32,000 nucleotides of DNA, taken from NCBI RefSeq assembly GCF_042660085.1, contig NZ_JBHSTI010000008.1:2325604-2357603 (forward strand). The letters run 5' to 3'. The translations under genes and the position numbers were made by a program. Within the stretch, counting starts at the first letter, position 1; the number at the start of each line of letters is the position of its first letter. A model generated the notes under the pieces. It saw only the letters and a program-made list of their open reading frames with translations, ran no database searches and was not told the origin of the DNA. Positions 8,984-16,744 of this stretch are shown piece after piece. Source of the stretch: Longivirga aurantiaca (GTDB taxonomy: Bacteria > Actinomycetota > Actinomycetes > S36-B12 > CAIYMF01).

Positions 8984-9164
8984 CGAGGCCTGCGTGCGGG
9001 GCCCGAGGTCGCGTGACGTGCGTCGCATAAACCGCGCCATAGGTTGTTCAACTTGCGCGGTGTGCGTCCCGGGACCACCCTGGGCGAGGCCGCGACCCAG
9101 TGCGCGGCTCCGCCGTTCCGGGAGACGACGGCATTCCTCGGCTCATGCCTGTGGAGGCTTGTCC

Positions 9165-9992
9165 ATGTCGTCCGCCGTAGAGACGCTCTCGAACGGACAG
9201 TTCCAGACCGTCTACAACGTCTTCTCCTTCGCCCTCGCGTCGATGCTCTTCACCGCGCTGTTCCTGCTGGTGTCCCAGGGCCGCGTGCTCCCCCGCTACC
9301 GCCAGGCGCTCGTGGTCTCCGCGACCGTCTGCGGCATCGCGGCCTACCACTACTTCCGCATCATCAACTCGTTCAACGAGGGCTTCGCCCCGACGGCGAT
9401 CGGCGGCGACTACACGCTGACGCCGTTCGGCTTCAACGAGGCCTACCGCTACGTCGACTGGCTCCTCACGGTGCCGCTCCTGCTGCTCGAGACCATCGCG
9501 GTCCTTGCGCTCCCCCGCGCCACCCGCGCGTCCCTGCTCACCAAGCTGATCCCGGCGTCGGTCCTGATGATCGCGCTCGGATACCCGGGCGAGGTCGCCA
9601 TCGACACCCTGCCCAAGATGCTGTGGGGCGCGGCCTCGACGATCCCGTTCCTCTACATCCTCTACGTGCTGTTCGTCGAGCTCACCAAGTCGCTCGGCCG
9701 TCAGCCCGCCGAGGTGGCTGCCAGCGTGAAGCGCCTGCGCATCCTGCTGATCGCCACCTGGGGCGTCTACCCGATCTCCTACCTGTTCCCGGTCTTCGGG
9801 CTCGACGGCGCGGACGCGTTCGTCCTGCGCCAGGTCGGCTACTCGGTGGCCGACGTCCTGGCCAAGTGCCTCTACGGCCTCGTGATCTACAAGATCGCGC
9901 GCATGAAGAGCGCAGCCGACGACCCGGTCTTCGCCGAGCAGGAGTTCGAGGAGGCGCCGTCGTCCGAGGCTCGGGCCACGGCTGCTGCCTGA
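9165..9992 (+). CDS. Microbial (type 1) rhodopsin, xanthorhodopsin/proteorhodopsin-like light-driven proton pump
   Basis: ORF 8838..9992 trimmed to the ATG at 9165 (GGAGG 7 nt upstream). Helix C RYVD98WLLT102VPLLLLE109 (DTE), His62 (AYHYF), WGVYPISY, helix G SVAD230VLAK234CLYGL, helix E LWGAASTIPFLYILYVLF. Confidence 0.9.
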   Translation: MSSAVETLSNGQFQTVYNVFSFALASMLFTALFLLVSQGRVLPRYRQALVVSATVCGIAAYHYFRIINSFNEGFAPTAIGGDYTLTPFGFNEAYRYVDWLLTVPLLLLETIAVLALPRATRASLLTKLIPASVLMIALGYPGEVAIDTLPKMLWGAASTIPFLYILYVLFVELTKSLGRQPAEVAASVKRLRILLIATWGVYPISYLFPVFGLDGADAFVLRQVGYSVADVLAKCLYGLVIYKIARMKSAADDPVFAEQEFEEAPSSEARATAAA

Positions 9993-10045
9993 CCGGCACG
10001 ACGCACCACTCTCCGCACCTGCGTCTCCCGGCACGGGTGCGGTCA

Positions 10046-10083
10046 GGGCGGGTCCGTCGGTCGACAGACCGACGGACCCGCCC
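10046..10083 (+). terminator. Perfect 17-bp stem / 4-nt loop hairpin between rhodopsin and blh
   Basis: GGGCGGGTCCGTCGGTC-GACA-GACCGACGGACCCGCCC, starting 54 nt after the rhodopsin stop and ending 48 nt before the blh start. No U-tract, as is common in high-GC actinobacteria. Confidence 0.55.
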
Positions 10084-10130
10084 ACCCCTCCTTCCACGCC
10101 GCACCGGCCATCCCGCAGCGAGGAGCAGCC

Positions 10131-11126
10131 ATGGCCACGGTCGTGACGACCCGCCCGCGGGAACTGGCCGCACCGCCCCTCGTCGCCGTCGTGCTCGCCG
10201 CCGGACCGGTGGCGGTCGCCCTCGCCGTGGCGTCCTCGGGCGCGTTCGCGAGCTCGGACCCCGCGGTCCCCGGCTGGGCGCCGGTCGTCGCCCTCGCGGC
10301 CCTCGTGGCCGGGGTGCCGCACGGCGCCGTCGACCACCTCGCCCTCGTCCGGTCGCCGTCAGGACGGCGGCGCCTCGAGCTGGCCGCCGTCTAACTCGCC
10401 CTCGCCGCGACGGCTGCGGCTGCCGTCGTCCTCGCCCCGGCGCCGGCGTTCATCGTCGTGCTGGCGATGTCGGTGTGGCACTTCGGCACGGGTGACGTCG
10501 CTCTCGCGGACGAGCTGGCGGGCTCGCCCCGGCGCGGCCGCGGGACGCGACTGGTCCACGTGCTCGCCGCCGGGTCGGTGCCGGTGCTGCTGCCGCTGAC
10601 CTCGCCCGCCGCGACCGCCACCCTGGTGGGGCTGGAGCCCCGGCTCTCGGCCGTCACGGCGCCGGGCCTGCTGCTCGGCGTACGCGTGGCCGTGCTCGTC
10701 CTGGCCGCCACCGCGGTCGCCGTACTGCTGCGGGGGCGCCGAGTCGCCCCGGCAGGCGAGGTAGCGCTGCTCGTGCTGCTGGCTCTCACCGTGACGCCGC
10801 TGCTCGCCTTCGCGGTCTACTTCTCGGCCTGGCACGCCGCCCGGCACACGCTGCGGCTGGCGCTGGACGACCGGTCGCGGATCGACAGGGTGCGCCTGCG
10901 CACCGTCCTCCGCGACGGCCTGCCATCGCTCGTGGGCACGCTGGCGGTGGTCGGGGCCGCGGTCGGCTCCGGGGCGACGACGTCCACCCGGGTCCTGTGG
11001 TTCGCGCTCGCCGCGGTCTGGGGGCTCACCGTGCCGCACATGGTGGTGGTCGGCGCCTTCGACCGGCGACGACGCAGCGCAGGCGTCAGTCCTGCTCGTC
11101 CCAGCCCGGCGGAGGCTCGGACGTGA
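10131..11126 (+). pseudogene. blh: Brp/Blh-family beta-carotene 15,15'-dioxygenase (retinal synthase) frame interrupted by an in-frame TAA at 10392..10394
   Basis: ORFs 10131..10394 and 10458..11126 are in the same frame. The first carries GVPHGAVDH. The second carries WHFGTGD, SAWHAARH (two His 4 apart) and VPHM. GAGGAG lies 5 nt upstream of ATG 10131. A single stop separates the first conserved His from the others. Confidence 0.7.
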
Positions 11127-11679
11127 GGCCCGTGACGGCCTGGACGAGCGTCTCCTGCAGGAACGTCAGCCAGTCGTAGACGTGCACGTGCACGAACCCG
11201 GGGTCGTCCTCGTCGAGGTCGTAGAAGCCCTCGTGGTTGTCCTCGGTGAGCCCGAGCCGTGCGCCGAGGGCGAGGCGCAGGTCGTTGAGCGCACCCATCC
11301 AGGACGCGATCTCGTCGTCCGGCACGACGACCTTGCGGTCGGCCTCGGCCAGAGCACGCAGCACCGTCGCGGCATGGTTCATCTTGGTCTCGCGCAGCGA
11401 CCGCTCGGTGAAGCGTCGGAACTCCGAGCTGGCCTCGTCGTCGTCGGCGTAGGCGTCGGGCAGAAGCCGCGCGAGGGCGGGGTCGTCGGGGCGCTCGGCG
11501 TCGGGGTCGATGCCGACCATCCGGGCGAGCGGGTCGGCGTCGGCGCCCCAGGGGTCGTCCTCGGGCGAGACGAGCTCGAGGACCTGGCTGACGAGCGTGG
11601 CCAGGAGCCCGCGCTCGACGTCGTCGACCTTCAGGACCAGCTTGCCCGTGGCAGTACGCCGGAAGCCGTGCACGGCCAC
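11086..11679 (-). CDS. DUF2017 domain protein (conserved ClpS neighbour in actinobacteria)
   Basis: 197-aa acidic ORF starting at a GTG 1 nt after the clpS stop. Family assignment is from memory of the clpS-adjacent conserved gene and its acidic sequence character. Confidence 0.75.
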   Translation of the reverse strand: MAVHGFRRTATGKLVLKVDDVERGLLATLVSQVLELVSPEDDPWGADADPLARMVGIDPDAERPDDPALARLLPDAYADDDEASSEFRRFTERSLRETKMNHAATVLRALAEADRKVVVPDDEIASWMGALNDLRLALGARLGLTEDNHEGFYDLDEDDPGFVHVHVYDWLTFLQETLVQAVTGLTSEPPPGWDEQD

Positions 11680-11680
11680 G

Positions 11681-12019
11681 TCAGTCGTCCTTCTGCAGGG
11701 TGGCCCAGAGCCCGTAGGAGTGCATCGCCGCGACGTCGATCTCCATCTCCTCGCGGGTGCCGTTCGAGACCACCGCGCGGCCCTCGTGGTGCACGTCCCA
11801 CATGAGCTTCTGCGCCTTCTCCTTGGAGTAGCCGAAGTACTCCATGAACACGTACGTCACGTACGACATGAGGTTGACCGGGTCGTTCCAGACGAGCGTG
11901 ATCCACGGCCGGTCCGGAGCGGTGATGCTCTCGGACTCCGGCCGATCGAGCTCGACCGGTGCGACTCCCACGGCGTCATCGTCGCACGGGCACGCGGCGG
12001 CGGGTGTGCGCGGCACCAC
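11681..12019 (-). CDS. clpS: ATP-dependent Clp protease adaptor ClpS
   Basis: Core [46 protein letters not shown]. Start uncertain: GTG 12019, GTG 12016 or GTG 11971. Confidence 0.85.
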   Translation of the reverse strand: MVPRTPAAACPCDDDAVGVAPVELDRPESESITAPDRPWITLVWNDPVNLMSYVTYVFMEYFGYSKEKAQKLMWDVHHEGRAVVSNGTREEMEIDVAAMHSYGLWATLQKDD

Positions 12020-12024
12020 GCGCG

Positions 12025-12030
12025 TACGCT
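12025..12030 (+). promoter_or_regulatory. Candidate -10 box TACGCT, leaderless aminotransferase gene
   Basis: TACGCT-CGCCCC-GTG(12037). Lies in the 17-bp gap between the divergent clpS and aminotransferase start codons. Confidence 0.4.
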
Positions 12031-12036
12031 CGCCCC

Positions 12037-13761
12037 GTGACCGGACAGCCGCTCCCCGTCCCCCCGCGGGACCCGTCCCTCCCCGAGCCGCCGCTCCTGG
12101 CGCGCATCCGCCAGGGCGTCATCGGCGACGACACCGTGATGCAGGGGCCGTTCGGTCCGCGCCGTGTCACGTACGCCGACTACACGGCGTCCGGCCGCGC
12201 CCTGGACTTCCTCGAGGACTTCATCCGCTGCGAGGTGCTCCCCCGCTACGCCAACACGCACACCGAGAGCAGCGGCACGGGTCTGCAGACCACCCGGCTG
12301 CGCGAGGACGCCCGCGCGATCGTGCACGACGCGCTCGGCTGCGGCGACGACGCCGTCGTCATCTTCACGGGCTCGGGCACGACCGGGGCGATCGACAAGC
12401 TGGTCGGCATCCTCAACCTGCGCATCCCCGCCGACCTCGACCGCGAGCACGGCTTCTCGGCGCAGATCCCGCGCGACGAGCGTCCGGTCGTGTTCATCGG
12501 CCCGTTCGAGCACCACAGCAACGAGCTCCCGTGGCGCGAGTCGATCGCCGACGTCGTCACGATCCCCGAGGACGCCGACGGCCACATCGACGTCGAGCGG
12601 CTGCGCGCCGAGCTCGCGGCGTACGCCGACCGCCCGCTGAAGATCGGCTCGTTCAGCGCGGCGTCGAACGTCACCGGGATCATGACCGACGTCGACGGCA
12701 TCGCCCGACTGCTGCACGAGCACGGGGCGCTGTCGTTCTGGGACTACGCCGCCGCCGGGCCGTACCTCGACATCGACATGCAGGGCGACCACGTCGACCC
12801 GCTCACGCGCAAGGACGCCATCGTCCTGTCGCCGCACAAGTTCGTGGGCGGCCCCGGCACCCCCGGTGTCCTCGCGATCCGGCGCGACCTGCTCACCAAC
12901 TCGGTCCCCGTAGTCGTCGGCGGCGGCACCGTGGCGTACGTGAACCCGGCCGAGCACGTGTACCTGGCGGACGCCGTGCACCGGGAGGAGGCCGGAACGC
13001 CGGCGATCGTCGAGTCGATCCGTGCCGGCCTGGTCTTCGACCTCAAGCGCAACGTGGGCACCGACATCATCCGGGCGCACGAGGACGACTTCCTGCGCCG
13101 CGCCGTGGCCGCATGGAGCGCGCACCCGACCATCGACATCCTCGGCAACCTCGACGCAGAGCGGCTCTCGATCGTGTCGTTCACCGTGCGCCGCCCCGGC
13201 GGCCGCTACCTCCACCACAACTTCGTCGTGGCGCTGCTCAACGACCTGTTCGGCATCCAGAGCCGCGGCGGCTGCTCGTGCGCCGGGCCGTACGGCCACC
13301 GGCTGCTCGGGATCGACCTCGAGAAGAGCCACGAGTTCGAGCGCGAGATCACCCACGGGTGCGAGGGCATCAAGCCCGGCTGGGTGCGGGTGAACTTCAA
13401 CTACTTCGTGAGCGACGAGGTGTTCCAGTACGTCGTGCAGGCGGTCGCGATGGTGGCCGACCACGGCTGGAAGCTCGTGCCGCAGTACCGCTTCGACGTC
13501 GCGTCCGGTCGCTGGCGGCACAAGGACGGCACCGTCGAGCCGCCGTTGCGCCTCTCGCAGCTCGCCTACGTCGACGGCGAGCTGACCTACCCGCGGCACG
13601 ACGACCGCGCTCCCGAGTCGGACCTGCGCCGCTACCTCGCCGAGGCGCACGACCTCATGGAGTCGCTTCCCGAGCCGGGCGAGGACGTCGACGTCACGCG
13701 CGTGAGCCCGGACTTCGAGCACCTCCGCTGGTTCGAGCTCCCCGCCGAGTGCCTCACCTGA
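12037..13761 (+). CDS. Aminotransferase class V-fold PLP-dependent enzyme (cysteine desulfurase-like, long form)
   Basis: ORF 11959..13761 trimmed to GTG 12037. [14 protein letters not shown]-lysine context [12 protein letters not shown]-terminal [13 protein letters not shown]. About 574 aa. Confidence 0.8.
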   Translation: MTGQPLPVPPRDPSLPEPPLLARIRQGVIGDDTVMQGPFGPRRVTYADYTASGRALDFLEDFIRCEVLPRYANTHTESSGTGLQTTRLREDARAIVHDALGCGDDAVVIFTGSGTTGAIDKLVGILNLRIPADLDREHGFSAQIPRDERPVVFIGPFEHHSNELPWRESIADVVTIPEDADGHIDVERLRAELAAYADRPLKIGSFSAASNVTGIMTDVDGIARLLHEHGALSFWDYAAAGPYLDIDMQGDHVDPLTRKDAIVLSPHKFVGGPGTPGVLAIRRDLLTNSVPVVVGGGTVAYVNPAEHVYLADAVHREEAGTPAIVESIRAGLVFDLKRNVGTDIIRAHEDDFLRRAVAAWSAHPTIDILGNLDAERLSIVSFTVRRPGGRYLHHNFVVALLNDLFGIQSRGGCSCAGPYGHRLLGIDLEKSHEFEREITHGCEGIKPGWVRVNFNYFVSDEVFQYVVQAVAMVADHGWKLVPQYRFDVASGRWRHKDGTVEPPLRLSQLAYVDGELTYPRHDDRAPESDLRRYLAEAHDLMESLPEPGEDVDVTRVSPDFEHLRWFELPAECLT

Positions 13762-13779
13762 CCTGGCGGATCCCGGCGG

Positions 13780-15633
13780 TCAGCCGACCTTGATGGCGAA
13801 GTACGCGTAGGCGCCGCGCACCGATCCGCTGCCGACGGCGTAGATGCGGTACTGGTAGGTCTTGCCCTTCGTGGTCGGCGCCCAGCGGAACGTCGCCTTG
13901 CCGTAGCGGTCGGCCGCGGCGGTGGCGACCGTCGTCCAGGTCGAACCGACGAGCACCTGGCGCTTGACCGTCTGGCCCTTGATCCACGGCTTCAGCGCGA
14001 CGTTCGCCGTCACGGTCTTCCCGGACTGCACCCCGAGCGCGCTGAGGTCGAGGGTGATGGCGGTGCGCACGCTCGTGGAGTCCGACGCCGTCCCCGTGTT
14101 GCGGTCCCAGGCGCCGGCGACGTTGACCTTGTACTGCGTGGACGCCGTCACCTTGTGCTGCAGCGCGACGCGGCCGTCGGACCCTGTGGTCGCGGACGTC
14201 ACGAGGCTCCAGGTCGACGTGCCGGCCGTGCGGGCGTAGAGCACGGCCCGCGCGCCCTGCACGGCGACACCGTCAGAGGTCGCCCGCGCCGCGACCGTGG
14301 CCGTCGTGCCGTACGTCGTCGTGGACGGCACGTACACCCCGACCTTCGTGGCCGAAGGCGCGAGGGTGCGCGCGTAGTCCCGCAGCGACGACCACTGCGC
14401 GGGAGCGGCGCCGTCGAGGTTCCACTGCGCGATCCCGCGCAGGCGGTACTTCTCGACGAGCTTCGCGCGGGCGAGCGCGGACGCCGCGTTGTCGTACCAC
14501 CCGGTGCGGTAGACCAGGCAGCTCGTGGCGGCGCCGCCGGAGGTCGTGCCCTTGTAGCGGACCTGGTAGGTGAACTGCCACTCGGCGTTGGTCTCGCTCC
14601 AGGTGCGCACGGCCGCGGACCGGTTGATCGTGTCCGAGATGTAGTCCGCGCTCGGGATCGCGGTGCCGGCGGCTGCCGCGGTGAACGACAGCGTGTCCCG
14701 GTAGTTCGCCGGCGTGTTGGTCGGGCAGGTGCCCACGACCTTCGAGACGCCGTTCACCTTCACCGTCGCGTTGCGCCCGTACGCCGGGACGCCGATCTGC
14801 ACCTTGCCCGACGGCACGACGGAGACGGCATGCTGCACGATCCGCTCGACCCACGGCAGCGGCGCGATCGGACCACCGGACACCGAGTAGTCGTACGCCA
14901 TGATGCGCAGGCGGTCGACCTTGTCGGCGATGCCGGCCCAGTCGTAGACCCAGTAGCCGTCGTTCCATTTCGTGCCCGAGGTCTGGGTGCGGTTGTCGGT
15001 GTAGATCGGCGGCGTGGTGACCGAGAGCAGCTTGCCGCGCGCATGCAGCGCTGCGGAGAGCTGACCGATGAACGTGACCCAGTCGGGGCGCGTGGTGTCC
15101 CAGGTCGTCACCGCGTCGTAGAACGCGAAGCCCTCGAAGTCGAGGTCGATGCCGTCGTAGTCGTTGGCCTGGACGAGCGCCACGATGCTCGAGACGAGGG
15201 CGGCGCGGCGGGTGGGGTCGTCGAGCACCTGGGCCATCTGCAGGGGTGTGGTCTTCGTCGTCATGCCGTCGGTGATGCTGGGCAGCACCTTCACGCCGGC
15301 GTCGCGCAACGCCGTCAGGACAGCGGCCTTGTTGGCGGCGTACGGCGAGCAGGCCGGGCAGGGCCTGGCCTCGTTGACGGTGGGCGACACCAGGTCCTGC
15401 GCGACGTACCAGAACGGCGACACCTCGGGCATCAGGTCGGCGTTGGCGACGGCCGCGCGGGTGCTGGCGCTCGTGGCGGAGCCGAAGTAGCCCCAGCCGG
15501 TCACGATCGGGCGCGGCGGCGCATCGGCGGCGGTCGCGGTGGTGGCGGGCACGGCGAGGCCGAGGAGGCCCACCCCGAGGGCGGACGCGAGCAGGGTCGC
15601 GAGGCGGCGGGTGCCGGTGCTGCGACGGCGCAT
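13780..15633 (-). CDS. Secreted glycoside hydrolase family 18 (chitinase-like) with C-terminal beta-rich domains
   Basis: ORF 13780..15702 trimmed to the ATG at 15633 (AGGGAGA Shine-Dalgarno). Signal peptide MRRRSTGTRRLATLL...ATTATA-AD. GH18 catalytic motif YDGIDLDFE. Confidence 0.85.
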   Translation of the reverse strand: MRRRSTGTRRLATLLASALGVGLLGLAVPATTATAADAPPRPIVTGWGYFGSATSASTRAAVANADLMPEVSPFWYVAQDLVSPTVNEARPCPACSPYAANKAAVLTALRDAGVKVLPSITDGMTTKTTPLQMAQVLDDPTRRAALVSSIVALVQANDYDGIDLDFEGFAFYDAVTTWDTTRPDWVTFIGQLSAALHARGKLLSVTTPPIYTDNRTQTSGTKWNDGYWVYDWAGIADKVDRLRIMAYDYSVSGGPIAPLPWVERIVQHAVSVVPSGKVQIGVPAYGRNATVKVNGVSKVVGTCPTNTPANYRDTLSFTAAAAGTAIPSADYISDTINRSAAVRTWSETNAEWQFTYQVRYKGTTSGGAATSCLVYRTGWYDNAASALARAKLVEKYRLRGIAQWNLDGAAPAQWSSLRDYARTLAPSATKVGVYVPSTTTYGTTATVAARATSDGVAVQGARAVLYARTAGTSTWSLVTSATTGSDGRVALQHKVTASTQYKVNVAGAWDRNTGTASDSTSVRTAITLDLSALGVQSGKTVTANVALKPWIKGQTVKRQVLVGSTWTTVATAAADRYGKATFRWAPTTKGKTYQYRIYAVGSGSVRGAYAYFAIKVG

Positions 15634-15926
15634 GTGGTGGTCTCCCTGGTCGTGGTGCGGCGAGGTCCGCGACGTGCTGCCTACTGAGTCCATCGTCGCC
15701 ACCTGCTGGCGACTTGACGTCCTGGGCCGCTCAGGTGCCCGGAATGACCCTAAGAGTCCCGATTCTCAGGCGTCACGCACCCGTCCGCGTTCCGGCTCCA
15801 CCCTCGCCGCCCCTGTCGTGCCGGCCCACCCGGGTGTCCGCTACCCGGAATCATCGGGCCGGCGCCGTCCGACGGTGCCCGGCGCGCTCCCCGGGTACGC
15901 GTGCGCCAGCGAGGGGCGGCGGCGAC

Positions 15927-15932
15927 TAGCGT
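15927..15932 (+). promoter_or_regulatory. Candidate -10 box TAGCGT, leaderless hypothetical gene
   Basis: TAGCGT-GCCGCGC-ATG(15940). Confidence 0.35.
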
Positions 15933-15939
15933 GCCGCGC

Positions 15940-16743
15940 ATGACGACGACTCCCGCCCTCGACCCGGGCCGTGCCGCGGCCCTCGTGGACGGCCTCGTGG
16001 CCGACCTCGCGGGCGCCGACGTGCCCGCCTCGGTCTCGGCGCATCGCACCCTGCACCGGTCGCGCCGCGCGGCCGCCCTCGGCCCGCTCGTGGTGCCGGT
16101 CAGCCGTATGGCGGGGCTGCTCGACGCCCTCGACGCCGACCGCGCGTCCGAGCCGGTCGACCTCGTCCTGGTGGCCGATCGGGGCCTCGTCGAGGCGGCC
16201 GAGGCGCGCGCCGTTCTGCTCGACGACGACCGCGTCGCGCTCCTCGGTCTGCACCTCACGCTCCCCACCGACGGCCCGCTCGGCGACTCCGCCCGGCTCA
16301 CCCTCGACTCGCTCGACTTCGCCCTGCCGGCCGCCGTCGGCGTGCCGGCCGCCCCCGGGTGGGAGCAGGCGCTCGACGTGCTCGCCGAGGACGGCGCCGA
16401 GCAGGCGCTGCTCGCCCTCACCTCGCGCGGTCCGAGCGCCGAGCACGTCGCGGAGTTCGTCGTGGCGTGCGTCCGCCGCGGGGTGTCGTTCGCCGTGGTG
16501 GGCGCGGCCGCCTCGGCGTTCCCCGGGCTGCTGGCAGCGACCGCCGCAGCACTCGACGGGCGTGAGCCGGCGCATGTCGCCGCGGTGCTGCTCGCCGACG
16601 ACCCCGCAGTCGCCCTGGCGGTGCTCGCGGACGCCGACCCCCGCGCGGTCCGACGTCGCCTCACGTCGATCGGCAGCAGCGACGCGGGCGGCACCCTCGC
16701 GCACCTCGTGTCGCTCGGGCTGCTCGCCGAGGCGGAGGCCTGA
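15940..16743 (+). CDS. Hypothetical protein (Ala/Leu/Asp-rich, no recognised motif)
   Basis: Frame of ORF 15901..16743 with very high third-position GC throughout. ATG 15940 chosen. Stop lies 1 nt before the GNAT start. Confidence 0.65.
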   Translation: MTTTPALDPGRAAALVDGLVADLAGADVPASVSAHRTLHRSRRAAALGPLVVPVSRMAGLLDALDADRASEPVDLVLVADRGLVEAAEARAVLLDDDRVALLGLHLTLPTDGPLGDSARLTLDSLDFALPAAVGVPAAPGWEQALDVLAEDGAEQALLALTSRGPSAEHVAEFVVACVRRGVSFAVVGAAASAFPGLLAATAAALDGREPAHVAAVLLADDPAVALAVLADADPRAVRRRLTSIGSSDAGGTLAHLVSLGLLAEAEA

Positions 16744-16744
16744 G

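Noticed and set aside
9066-9075. 10-bp perfect palindrome GTCCCGGGAC in the rhodopsin 5' region
   Set aside because: Short GC-only palindromes of this kind (built around a SmaI-type CCCGGG core) are frequent by chance at this GC content. It has no loop and no partner site.
15636-15655. TGGTCT...TGGTC sequence upstream of the GH18 gene that resembles half of a DasR (dre) box
   Set aside because: Only a partial half-site match, with no palindromic partner (no AGACCA). It overlaps the ribosome-binding region and is most likely chance.
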